Positions 17,522-26,722 are shown, numbered from the stretch's first letter. The stretch is DNA of 32,000 nt from Nitrospira sp. (GCA_024331125.1 JANDJI010000001.1:1-32000), one strand, 5' to 3'. The notes: generated from the sequence alone by a model not told the origin. Made by a program: numbers and translations.

Positions 17522-18138
17522 CCGTCCAGCCTCAAACGCTGAACCATCTCGGACGGGAGAGCCACCTCATGGTGCGTCACGACGACCGCGAGTCCTCCGC
17601 CCTGCAAATGCGACCGCAGCCGCTCCGTCACCAGAGCTGTCGCCGCCTGATCCAACGAGGTAAACGGCTCATCCAAGAGCCACAAGGGATGGGTCGAGAG
17701 CCAGAGGCGGGCCAAAGCCACACGCCGCTTTTGTCCTTGCGACAACACTCTGGTGGGCAGATGATGAATCCGATGCTTCAGACCGACGGCCTCCAGCGCA
17801 TCCCGGACGGAGGCGTCGGACGGACGATCGCCGGTTAAGGCGGCGGTGAGCAGGAGATTTTCCGTCGCCGTCAGATCATCCTTGATTCCATTGAGGTGGC
17901 CGATATAGGTCAATTGCGCGCAATACTGCTCTTTAAGCCGGCGAATATCGACCCCATGCCAAAGAACGGCTCCTTCCTCGGGGGCCAGCAGGTTGCACAA
18001 CATGCGAAGGAAACTCGTCTTTCCGCTTCCGTTTTCTCCGACCACGGCCAGCACGGTGCCCGGCTGCACCATCACGTTCACGTTGGAAAACAGCCGTCGA
18101 TCTCCCCGCCGGCAGCTCAACGAAACGGTTTGCAACAT
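17518..18138 (-). CDS. ccmA: Haem exporter ATP-binding protein CcmA (ABC ATPase)
   Basis: Walker A GENGSGKTS, ABC signature LSQGQKRR, Walker B LWLLDEP. I prefer the ATG at 18138 (MLQTVSLSCRRGDRRLF.., GAGGAG upstream). The track start at 18159 is a TTG lying within that ribosome-binding site. Confidence 0.88.
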   Translation of the reverse strand: MLQTVSLSCRRGDRRLFSNVNVMVQPGTVLAVVGENGSGKTSFLRMLCNLLAPEEGAVLWHGVDIRRLKEQYCAQLTYIGHLNGIKDDLTATENLLLTAALTGDRPSDASVRDALEAVGLKHRIHHLPTRVLSQGQKRRVALARLWLSTHPLWLLDEPFTSLDQAATALVTERLRSHLQGGGLAVVVTHHEVALPSEMVQRLRLDG

Positions 18139-18435
18139 GCCGATCGGAACTCCTCTCAACCCGGGCGGCGCATGTCGCCGCCGCCATCGATATCATCGAA
18201 TGAAACGGCTCAGATTAAGAGGAACAAGGCGCGGAAAACAAGAGGCGAGACGACATAACGGCGCGCCGCCGGATCGAACAACGGCATCAGAAGAATGTCT
18301 CTTGCCCTCGGAGCATCCCTGCTGCTAACTAGTAGCAATACGGCCATCGACGTTCACCCGTCGATGGCCGCCGAGTCCGAATCAATTCACACAGGCGTAT
18401 CATTTCGCCGCTTAAACCGGGTAAGGAGACAGACC

Positions 18436-18984
18436 ATGAGTCAACTCGTCTGCATCGCATTTAAGGATTCCGGCACCGCCGACCAGGTGCTCAATGAACT
18501 GCGGGCCATGGAATCACAATACGTCCTGGATCTGGAGGACGCGGTCATCGTCGTCCGGGATAAGGACGGAAAGGTCCACCTCAAGCAATGCGTCGATGTA
18601 TTCGGAGGCGCCACGACTCACGGAGTCGCACTGGGCATCTTATGGGGCGGACTTATGGGACTGCTCTTCATGAATCCCCTCGCCGGACTGCTGGGCAGTA
18701 TCGCGGGCGGAGCGGGAGCCGGAGCGCTGACCAAGGCCGCGGAGGAATTCGGGATTTTGAGCGATTATGGAATCCCCGATGCTTTCATCAAAGCTCTTGG
18801 GAGCACCATCGCGCCGGGCACCTCCGCGATTTTTCTCCTGATCCACTTTGACGAAGACAAGTTGCTGAGCAAAATCTCAAAATACGAGGGAACGGTCCTC
18901 AAGACTTCGCTCAGCAAAGAACAGGAAGAACGGCTGCGGGCGGCGCTTTCTCGGCATCATGACAGGCAACTGGGGAAGGGGTAA
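18436..18984 (+). CDS. DUF1269-family membrane protein
   Basis: MSQLVCIAFKDSGTADQVLNELRAMESQYVLDLEDAVIVVRDKDGKVHLKQ, followed by a glycine-rich hydrophobic segment (GILWGGLMGLLF..GSIAGGAGAGAL) and a second repeat-like half. AAGGAG lies 7 nt upstream of ATG 18436. The track's longer N-terminus is unsupported. Confidence 0.7.
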   Translation: MSQLVCIAFKDSGTADQVLNELRAMESQYVLDLEDAVIVVRDKDGKVHLKQCVDVFGGATTHGVALGILWGGLMGLLFMNPLAGLLGSIAGGAGAGALTKAAEEFGILSDYGIPDAFIKALGSTIAPGTSAIFLLIHFDEDKLLSKISKYEGTVLKTSLSKEQEERLRAALSRHHDRQLGKG

Positions 18985-19024
18985 AGAAGCTCCCGGCGCG
19001 TGATCACGACACAGGCCTGCTACC

Positions 19025-19585
19025 CTACGAAGGCCCGGAGCGTCGATCTCGGATCAGCCCCTCGACAGGGTAGCCCAATTCTTTGGCGCGTTGTACGAGC
19101 GCACCGTAGATCTCACCGTCAAGCCGAGGCGCACGGGCAAGGATCCAGAGATACCGCCGATCCGGCGTGCCCACCAAGGCCGTGCGGTACTCAGGATCGA
19201 GGTCGAGAATCCAGTAATTCCCCTCTCTGGACGATCCGAACAAACGGGCGAACCAATTGTCGAAGACCACCGCGAGTCGCGCGTTGGTCTTCGCGTCGAC
19301 CACCGTCGCGACACCATCGGCCATGGCCGTGCCACCGTCATCGGTCACACATTCGTTGTGCACGCCGATCCGTCCATCCGATCGAACCGTGTAGACCGCT
19401 TTTGAATCCACGCAATGACGCTGGAACCACATCGGCAACCGCGCGATTTCATACCAAGTCCCGGCATAGCGATTGAGATCAACCTGCGTCACCGTGGGCA
19501 AGTCCTCTCTCGATTCCATCCCCGCGCAGCCGCCGAGCAACCAGCCCGACAATGCAACGATCAACCATCTCTTCACGCTCTTCAC
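19025..19585 (-). CDS. blc: Bacterial lipocalin, outer-membrane lipoprotein Blc
   Basis: Lipobox LLGGC, the lipocalin signature YAGTWYEIARLP, and YLWILAR.P. Confidence 0.85.
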   Translation of the reverse strand: MKSVKRWLIVALSGWLLGGCAGMESREDLPTVTQVDLNRYAGTWYEIARLPMWFQRHCVDSKAVYTVRSDGRIGVHNECVTDDGGTAMADGVATVVDAKTNARLAVVFDNWFARLFGSSREGNYWILDLDPEYRTALVGTPDRRYLWILARAPRLDGEIYGALVQRAKELGYPVEGLIRDRRSGPS

Positions 19586-19640
19586 GTCAGATTTCTCCCG
19601 ATAACAGATGATACTTCAATTCCTGGAGAACATTTGGCTG

Positions 19641-20015
19641 TTACATGGCGCCGAAAGGATGATCGATGACAAAGCGCCACAAACCGTCCTGCCGTCTTCT
19701 TGCCACCTCGATGCTTTGGCCCTTCATGGTGACCGGTGCGCCATCCGGGGCCGAACTTTCAAGGATCCAGGAACCTCGCAGGAGGGCGATACCGTCGGCC
19801 TCGATCACGTACACGGTGTCGATGGCCATCTTTCCTTTCATGCCGATAAGGGCTTGAAAGGAAGTCCGAAGTTGTTCTGCGCCCGTCTGGGGCACCCCCT
19901 CCGGCGTAGCCAGAGCCGCGCCCGGCTCATATAAAGCCACAAGAGCACCGAGATCACCGCTGTTGAAGGCGGCGACAAAGAGGGAATGAAGCATCTGTGG
20001 CGTGGTCGCGGACAT
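19641..20015 (-). CDS. SnoaL/NTF2-like (DUF4440-type) small protein
   Basis: 124 aa from ATG 20015 (AGGAAAGGA upstream): MSATTPQMLHSLFVAAFNSGDLGALVALYEPGAAL...GLWRFVIDHPFG. The pattern is typical of ketosteroid-isomerase-like folds. The function is unknown. Confidence 0.55.
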   Translation of the reverse strand: MSATTPQMLHSLFVAAFNSGDLGALVALYEPGAALATPEGVPQTGAEQLRTSFQALIGMKGKMAIDTVYVIEADGIALLRGSWILESSAPDGAPVTMKGQSIEVARRRQDGLWRFVIDHPFGAM

Positions 20016-20213
20016 GAACAATCCTTTCCTATGATTTTCTGATTTTCGTTCCGTGGGCGACCGCATCTTACGCGAGCCGGCACGGAATCTCCATCTCAAA
20101 GACATGACGATCGATCGGAACCGACAAGAGGAAGACGCTGATCGACACTTCGACATGAGCATCGGACGACAAGACGACGCAGCAGGAAGCGATCAGGTGC
20201 TTCGACGCCTCCA

Positions 20214-21293
20214 TTACTGCAACGAGTCCGGCGGGGTTTTGAGCAGTTTTGCGAAGCGGTTCTTGTCGATGGCTTTTTCGTAGGCCTCCTCCGGCGAAAT
20301 CCATTTTTTATTGAGCAAGTCCTGAATCGCATCGTCCAAGGTCTGCATGCCCATCGCCTTGCCCGTTTGCATGACGGAGGCGATCTGAAAGGTCTTGGCG
20401 TCTCGGATCAAGTTCGCGACGGCCGAAGTGCAGACCAGAATTTCAAGCGCCGCGCAACGCCCCTTTTGATCCGCGCGCTTGAAGAGATTCTGCGCCACGA
20501 CCACCCGCAGCGCCGTGGACAACGTGTTGCGGATCTGCGCCTGTTCCTGGTGAGGGAACACTTCGATGACCCGATCGACCGTTTTCGCCGCGTTTTCCGT
20601 ATGCAACGTCCCGAACACCAAATGTCCCGTCGCCGCCGCTTCCACGGCCAGACGAATCGTTTCCATATCGCGCATCTCGCCGACGAGGATGATGTCAGGA
20701 TCTTCCCGCAACGCGCCGCGCAACGCGGAGGCGAACGATTGCGTGTGAACTCCCACTTCTCGATGGTTCACGACGCACCCCTGACTCCGATGCACGAACT
20801 CGATCGGGTCCTCAATGGTCAAAATGTGATCTTTCCGATGTTTGTTCGCATAATCGATCATCGCGGCGAGCGTCGTCGATTTGCCGCTTCCGGTCGGCCC
20901 CGTCACCAACACCAAACCTTTTTTGAGCATCGCCGCCTTGGTCAAGATGGGAGGCAGCCCCAGTTCCTCCGCCGTCAGCACCTGGTTGGGGATTTTTCGA
21001 AAGACGGCGGCGCATCCGTACTTTTGGTTGAACAAATTGGCTCGGAACCTGGCCAGACCTTGGATTTCGTAGCCGAAATCGACGTCTCCCGTCGCTTCAA
21101 ACTGGCTTTTCTTCGGAGCCGGGGTGATCTCATAGAGCAACTGTTTCAACCCCTCGTGGTCAAGCGGACCCTGAGTCGTCACCCGCTCCAAATCGCCGTT
21201 GATCCGCAAGATCGGCGCTTGTCCGGCGACCAGATGCAGGTCGGACGCGCCTCGATCAACCATCATGTGAAAGTACTCGTCGATTTTAGCCAT
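20214..21293 (-). CDS. pilT: Type IV pilus retraction ATPase PilT
   Basis: 359 aa. It contains GASDLHL..G..P..RI.G, Walker A GPTGSGKSTT, the Asp box and Walker B (ILVGEMRD), and the His box TGHLVFGTLHT. Confidence 0.88.
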   Translation of the reverse strand: MAKIDEYFHMMVDRGASDLHLVAGQAPILRINGDLERVTTQGPLDHEGLKQLLYEITPAPKKSQFEATGDVDFGYEIQGLARFRANLFNQKYGCAAVFRKIPNQVLTAEELGLPPILTKAAMLKKGLVLVTGPTGSGKSTTLAAMIDYANKHRKDHILTIEDPIEFVHRSQGCVVNHREVGVHTQSFASALRGALREDPDIILVGEMRDMETIRLAVEAAATGHLVFGTLHTENAAKTVDRVIEVFPHQEQAQIRNTLSTALRVVVAQNLFKRADQKGRCAALEILVCTSAVANLIRDAKTFQIASVMQTGKAMGMQTLDDAIQDLLNKKWISPEEAYEKAIDKNRFAKLLKTPPDSLQ

Positions 21294-21576
21294 AGACTCC
21301 TCTTGTCTTTCCGCAACCGAACCGAATTTTCTCCAGAGGAAGTATAGCAGGCGATCTCCGGCCGACTCGCAACACGCGCCCCGCGACCAAGGCCCTTCTT
21401 ATTTTCTTGTTCGGCGTGGGAATAGACCGGGCGGTCCGTCGAGCGGCAGTCGTTCGATTTCGGAATCTGTTCTGGAACGGAGCAAGGATGGATCGTCCCT
21501 CCTCCGAAACAGGGCCGCAGTCCGCAGGGGACGACTTCCGAACAGGAGGGCAAAGGGAGCCGTGTTTTCGGGTCCG

Positions 21577-23913
21577 TCAACCGGCTTCGCGGTAGCCGCA
21601 CGCTTCATTGCGGCATTGGACGCTCCGCCCGTCTTGCTTGCTGACTTTTTCGACGAGGAACGGGGCGTGGCACGTCGGACAGGCCTTCGGTACCGGTCGA
21701 TCCCAGATGGCGAATTCGCATTGGGGATACCTGCTGCAAGCGAAGAACGACCGTCCCTTCCTGGTTCGTTTTTGCACGAGGTCGCCGCCGCACCCCGGCT
21801 GCGGACATTTCACGCCCAGCGCCAGCGGCTTGGTCGTCTTGCACTGCGGATAGGCGGAACAGGCGATGAATTTGCCGAATCGTCCGCTCTTGACGACCAT
21901 CGGACTTCCGCATTTCTCGCACACCTGGTCCGTCGTGATTTCCTGCTTCGGCACCACCTTGATGGTGCCGTCCGGCAGACGTTCAAAGTTTTGCGTATTC
22001 TTGCAAGGCGGGTCTTCTTTGTAGCCGGGGCACGCCAGAAATTTTCCGTTCCGCCCCCATTTGATTTCCATCATCCTGCCGCATTTGTCGCAGGGAATGT
22101 CCGTGGGCGGCTCGACCGTATCCTTCGGGCCAGGAATCGTCTTGGCCCTCTCCAGATCGGCCGCAAAGGGATTGTAAAAATCGCGCACCGAGTCGACCCA
22201 TGGTTTGTTGCCTTCCTCTACTTCGTCCAGCTCCGCTTCCAATTGCGAGGTAAATCCGACGTCCACGATGTCCGGAAACCCTTTCACCAGAAAATCGTTC
22301 ACCGTGCGTCCGGTCTCGGTCGGCCTGAATCGACCTTCGACCTTTTCGACGTACTTGCGCTCTTGAATCGTGGAAATGATGGCGGCGTAGGTCGACGGGC
22401 GCCCGATGCCCTTTTCTTCCAATTCCTTGATCAACAGCGCTTCGTTGTACCGCGGAGGGGGTTGGGTGAAATGCTGTTTGGACGTCAAGCCCGGCACGGT
22501 TTGGCCTTCTTGGTCGACCAGCCGAAGATGATCGCCCTCCGAGAGAGCCGGCAACTGGCGCTCGCCGTCGTCTTCCGCCTCCTGATCGCTCCTCGGTCTC
22601 TGCGAAGGCGATTCCTTGTCGACGCCCTCCATGTAGACGATGGTGTGGCCCGGAAACTTCACAATCGTTCCGGTGGAACGAAAGACATACGTATCCGCCG
22701 TGCCGACCGGAGACGTGTCGATTCGCGTCACGTCCAACACCGCCGGCACCATCTGAGAGGCGACGAAGCGATTCCAAATCAGCTTGTACAGGCTGTACTG
22801 ATCATGATCGAGGTATTGCCGGATCGACTCCGGATCCCGCGCGGCCGACGTCGGTCGAATCGCTTCATGCGCCTCTTGCGCGGCTTTCTGGGTCTTATAG
22901 ACGTTGGGCGCGGCCGGCAGATAGTCCGGACCGAACCGAGACCGAATCAGCTCGCGCACCTCGGCCATGGCTTCGTCTGAAATGCGCGTCGAGTCGGTCC
23001 TCATGTACGTAATCAGGCCGGTCGGCCCCTCGGCCCCGATCTCGATGCCTTCATAGAGCTGTTGCGCCAGCATCATGGTTTTCTTGGGAGAAAAATGCAG
23101 CTTGCGGGCGGCTTCCTGCTGCAAACGACTCGTGATGAACGGCGCGACCGGATTCCGCTTTTTTTCCCGACGCTCGATCGACTGAACGACGAACGGCTTC
23201 CCCAGAATCGCGTTCACCACGCGGCCGGCCTGCTCGGCGTTCTCGATCACCGCCTCTTGGCCGTTCACGTTGTGGAGCTTGGCTTCGAACGGCGGCGGGT
23301 TCGCGCCGGCGAGCAGCGCGGTAATCGACCAGTATTCTTCGGCTCGAAAGGCCTCGCGCTCCGCCTCGCGCTCGCAAATCAACCGCATCGCGACGGATTG
23401 CACCCGCCCCATGCTGAGCCCACGCCGCACTTTGCTCCAGAGCAACTGGCTGCCTTGATAGCCGACGATGCGATCCAACACGCGGCGCGCTTGCTGCGCG
23501 TTGACGAGCCGCATGTCGATTTCGCTCGGAGACTGAATCGCGCGCTTGATCGCCGTTTCGGTGATTTCGTTGAATCGAACGCGAAAGATCTTGCGGCCGC
23601 TCTTCTTCGACTTTCCCAGCAGCTCCTGTTCGATGTGCCAGGCGATGGCCTCGCCCTCCCGATCGGGGTCCGGCGCCAGAAAAATTTTGTCCGCTCGTTC
23701 GGCCTTCTTTTTGATCTCGGCCAGCACCTTCGATTTGCCTTTGATCGTCACATACTGCGGCGCGAAATCGCGCTCAAGATCGACCCCCAATTTGCTGGTC
23801 GGCAAATCTTTGATGTGACCGACCGACGCCAGCACCTCATACCCGCGGCCGAGATACTTCGTCACCGTTTTCGCTTTGGTCGGTGACTCAACGATGACCA
23901 ATGACTTCGCCAT
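21577..23913 (-). CDS. topA: DNA topoisomerase I
   Basis: 778 aa. It has a Toprim start (MAKSLVIVESPTKAKT), an active-site region (GLITYMRTDSTR), and four C-terminal Cys4-type zinc ribbons (CDKCG..C..C, CEKCG..C..C, CPQPGCGG..C..C, CPTCH..C..C). Confidence 0.93.
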   Translation of the reverse strand: MAKSLVIVESPTKAKTVTKYLGRGYEVLASVGHIKDLPTSKLGVDLERDFAPQYVTIKGKSKVLAEIKKKAERADKIFLAPDPDREGEAIAWHIEQELLGKSKKSGRKIFRVRFNEITETAIKRAIQSPSEIDMRLVNAQQARRVLDRIVGYQGSQLLWSKVRRGLSMGRVQSVAMRLICEREAEREAFRAEEYWSITALLAGANPPPFEAKLHNVNGQEAVIENAEQAGRVVNAILGKPFVVQSIERREKKRNPVAPFITSRLQQEAARKLHFSPKKTMMLAQQLYEGIEIGAEGPTGLITYMRTDSTRISDEAMAEVRELIRSRFGPDYLPAAPNVYKTQKAAQEAHEAIRPTSAARDPESIRQYLDHDQYSLYKLIWNRFVASQMVPAVLDVTRIDTSPVGTADTYVFRSTGTIVKFPGHTIVYMEGVDKESPSQRPRSDQEAEDDGERQLPALSEGDHLRLVDQEGQTVPGLTSKQHFTQPPPRYNEALLIKELEEKGIGRPSTYAAIISTIQERKYVEKVEGRFRPTETGRTVNDFLVKGFPDIVDVGFTSQLEAELDEVEEGNKPWVDSVRDFYNPFAADLERAKTIPGPKDTVEPPTDIPCDKCGRMMEIKWGRNGKFLACPGYKEDPPCKNTQNFERLPDGTIKVVPKQEITTDQVCEKCGSPMVVKSGRFGKFIACSAYPQCKTTKPLALGVKCPQPGCGGDLVQKRTRKGRSFFACSRYPQCEFAIWDRPVPKACPTCHAPFLVEKVSKQDGRSVQCRNEACGYREAG

Positions 23914-23994
23914 GACGACTCCGTTTTCTTCGCTTCATAATTTCATCCGTATCAAATATCGGTGATTCGTGCAACTGGAAGAACGGATCACGAG

Positions 23995-25116
23995 TCACAA
24001 CTTGACATACTGTTGGCCGGGCAACTGGCGCACGCGCCCCGACAATTCGAGCGCAAGCAGGCTGGCGACGACCGTGGCGGCACGAAGTCCCGTTCGCTCA
24101 ATGAGCGCATCGACCGATTGGGCGTCGGAGGACAGGGCTTCGTAAACGGCGGCATCCTCCCGTCCGAGCGGTTCGCGCGGCGTCGCAGACTCGTCGCCGA
24201 GCGAGAGGGAAGCCCGCAGACGCGCGTCAAGCTGAGGGAGAATCTCCTCAAGAACGTCCCGCGCGTCCTCGACCAATTTCGCGCCTTCTTTGATCAGACC
24301 GTTCGATCCCCGGCACGCGTCGGTCGTCACCGGACCGGGAACGGCAAAGACGTCGCGCCCCTGCTCCAAGGCCAACCTCGCCGTGATCAACGATCCGCTG
24401 CCCTTCGCGGCCTCGCTCACCAGCACGCCGAGCGACAATCCGCTGATGATTCGATTTCGCCGCGGAAAGTGATGATTGAGCGGAGACGCCCCGATCGGCA
24501 GTTCGGACATCACGGCGCCCCCGGCCTCTTCGATGCCGCGCCGCAACGCCCGGTGTTCCGACGGATACGTGCGATCGACGCCGCACCCCAAAACGGCGAT
24601 CGTGCGGCCCTTGCCGGCCAGCGCGCCCCGATGCGCCGCCGCGTCGATGCCCCGCGCCAGTCCGCTCACGACCGTGACTCCTCTCTCGGCCAATTCTCTG
24701 GCGATCCGTTCCGTGACGACCTGCCCCGACGACGTCGCCCGCCGGCCTCCGACGATCGCCACCGCGACGTCCACGGACATCGGCCACGTCCCGCTCACAT
24801 ACAACAACGGCGGGGGATCGGGAATGGTCCTGAGCCTTGCGGGGTACGTCGGATCGAAGAGCGTGCAGACCTGAACGTTCAGACGTTCGACGATCGCCAG
24901 CCGACGCTCGATTTCCCGCATCACATCGGGCGGAGGTCCCCGCCGAACGGACTCGGCCAGCTCGGCGCTGAAACCGGCTTCGACCAAACGCTCGGCGCCG
25001 GCCGCCAACGCCGCATTCGGCGAGCCGAACGATTGAACCAGCTTGACCAGCGTTCGATCCCCCACCCCGTCGATCGCCTGCAGAGTCAGCCATGCGGCCA
25101 AGGACGCTTGATCCAT
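23995..25116 (-). CDS. dprA: DNA-processing protein DprA (Smf)
   Basis: I place the start at ATG 25116 (MDQASLAAWLTLQAIDGVGDRTLVKLVQSFGS). It has a Rossmann-like core (VAIVGGRRATSSG..VVSGLARGIDAAAH..GRTIAVLGCGVD..YP) and a C-terminal winged-helix region. The dprA-topA adjacency is common in bacteria. No clear ribosome-binding site, so the start is uncertain. Confidence 0.85.
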   Translation of the reverse strand: MDQASLAAWLTLQAIDGVGDRTLVKLVQSFGSPNAALAAGAERLVEAGFSAELAESVRRGPPPDVMREIERRLAIVERLNVQVCTLFDPTYPARLRTIPDPPPLLYVSGTWPMSVDVAVAIVGGRRATSSGQVVTERIARELAERGVTVVSGLARGIDAAAHRGALAGKGRTIAVLGCGVDRTYPSEHRALRRGIEEAGGAVMSELPIGASPLNHHFPRRNRIISGLSLGVLVSEAAKGSGSLITARLALEQGRDVFAVPGPVTTDACRGSNGLIKEGAKLVEDARDVLEEILPQLDARLRASLSLGDESATPREPLGREDAAVYEALSSDAQSVDALIERTGLRAATVVASLLALELSGRVRQLPGQQYVKL

Positions 25117-25213
25117 CGGACGTACCGGGGAAAATCCGCCGTCGTTTCGGCAACCATCCCGACGACCGTCGATCCGGGAGGGCCGAATCGTTTGCGATGT
25201 GCACCGCGCGGGG

Positions 25214-26722
25214 TTACAACACGACCAAATCGTATTGTTCCAGATGCAACTGGCCGTCCGGGACAACGACGATCTTGACTCCCCGTTCCTGCTCCAAAGC
25301 CTCTACGCCCGCGCGCTCTTCGTCTTGCAGCAATTCGGCCACCGTGGGATGGGCTCCGATGACGATGCGCCGTTGATCGGGTGAGGACTCGATCCGTCGG
25401 ATCTCCCGGAACACTTCATAGACCACCGTCGTGGGAGACTTCGTATACCCCCGGCCTTCGCAATAGCGGCAGGGCTCGGAGAGCGACCGCAGCAAGTCCT
25501 CGCGGACGCGTTCCCGCGAGATTTCGATCAGGCCGAGATCCGAGATGCGGGAGATTCTCGTCCGCGCCTTGTCGGACGCCATGGCGTCCACCAGCGCGTG
25601 ATAGACCTTCTCGCGATTTTTCTCGCGCTCCATGTCGATGAAATCGACGATGATGATGCCGCCGATCCCGCGCAGTTTGAGTTGATAGGCCACTTCCTTG
25701 GCGGCTTCCAGGTTGTTGCGGAGGATCGTCTCTTCCTGATCCCGCTTTCCGACGAACCGACCCGTGTTGACGTCGATGACCGTCATCGCCTCCGTGTGAT
25801 CGATCACGAGGTATCCGCCGGATTTCAGCCAGACTTTTCGACTCATCGCCCGCGTGATTTCCTGTTCGACGCCCAAGTGATCGAACAGCGGCTCTTCCTT
25901 GTCGTAGAAGTGGATCCGAGAGGTTTGTTCCGGGGAAAACCGTTGGACGAAATTCCGGATGGCGTCGTATTCCTCGCGAGAATCGATCCAAAGCTTGTCC
26001 ACTTTCTTGCCGAAGAGATCCCTCACGACGCGAAAGCTGAGGCTTAAGTCGCTGTGCAGCAAGGCCGGCGCGTCCAACCGTTCCCGCTTGGTCAGCACGT
26101 CCTGCCAGAGAACATGAAGAAACTCGACGTCCGATCGCAGCTCATCCTCTTTGACGCCTTCGCTGACCGTGCGCACGATGTACCCGCAGCCGGGACGGCG
26201 GACTCGGCGCATGATGTCCTTCAATCTCGATCGCTCCTCTTCCCGCGCGATGCGGCGCGACACCCCGATGTGCTCCACGTTCGGCATGAACACAAGGTAG
26301 CGGCCCGGAAGCGACACGTACGTCGTCACCCGCGATCCCTTGGTGCCGATCGGCCCTTTGGAAATCTGAACCATCACCTCCTGGCCTTCGCTCAACAACT
26401 CTTCAATGGGCTTCACGCTCTGGCGTTTTGGCCTGAGCACCTCGGCGTCTTTCTCATCTTCTTCCGCCTCGACCACCATGTCGGCGGGCTCCGCGTCCAG
26501 CGACAAGTCGGACACGTGCATGAAGGCGGCCTTCTCAAGACCGATATCGACGAACGCCGCCTGCATACCGGGCAGCACTTTGACCACGCGCCCTTTATAA
26601 ATGTTTCCGACAAAGTCTTTATGTTTCGCGCGATCACCGAACAAATCGGTGACCACGCCGTTGTCAAGAACCGCCACGCGGGTTTCCTCCCGCGTCACGT
26701 TAATGGCAATTTCAGTTCCCAT
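25214..26722 (-). CDS. rng: Ribonuclease E/G family endoribonuclease (RNase G-like, 502 aa)
   Basis: S1 domain (VGNIYKGRVVKVLPGMQAAFVDIG), a catalytic core (VIDVNTG..., IIIVDFIDM), and AAGGAG upstream of the ATG. It has no long C-terminal scaffold, so it is closer to RNase G than to RNase E. Confidence 0.88.
   Translation of the reverse strand: MGTEIAINVTREETRVAVLDNGVVTDLFGDRAKHKDFVGNIYKGRVVKVLPGMQAAFVDIGLEKAAFMHVSDLSLDAEPADMVVEAEEDEKDAEVLRPKRQSVKPIEELLSEGQEVMVQISKGPIGTKGSRVTTYVSLPGRYLVFMPNVEHIGVSRRIAREEERSRLKDIMRRVRRPGCGYIVRTVSEGVKEDELRSDVEFLHVLWQDVLTKRERLDAPALLHSDLSLSFRVVRDLFGKKVDKLWIDSREEYDAIRNFVQRFSPEQTSRIHFYDKEEPLFDHLGVEQEITRAMSRKVWLKSGGYLVIDHTEAMTVIDVNTGRFVGKRDQEETILRNNLEAAKEVAYQLKLRGIGGIIIVDFIDMEREKNREKVYHALVDAMASDKARTRISRISDLGLIEISRERVREDLLRSLSEPCRYCEGRGYTKSPTTVVYEVFREIRRIESSPDQRRIVIGAHPTVAELLQDEERAGVEALEQERGVKIVVVPDGQLHLEQYDLVVL

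Noticed and set aside
21294-21576. The 283-bp topA-pilT spacer, examined for a small gene, an ncRNA or a terminator.
   Set aside because: Only a weak 6-bp hairpin with a mismatch (gagccg-tgtttt-cgggtc) is present, and the ORFs are low-complexity. Nothing can be supported from sequence alone.
21562-22980. A 472-aa plus-strand ORF antisense to topA. Similar long antisense ORFs lie at 20367-21347, 23962-25278, 26826-28064 and 28109-29917.
   Set aside because: Each lies fully inside a well-supported minus-strand gene. Each is extremely Arg/Pro/Gly/His-rich and low-complexity, with no recognisable motifs or ribosome-binding sites. These are typical stop-codon-poor antisense frames in high-GC DNA.
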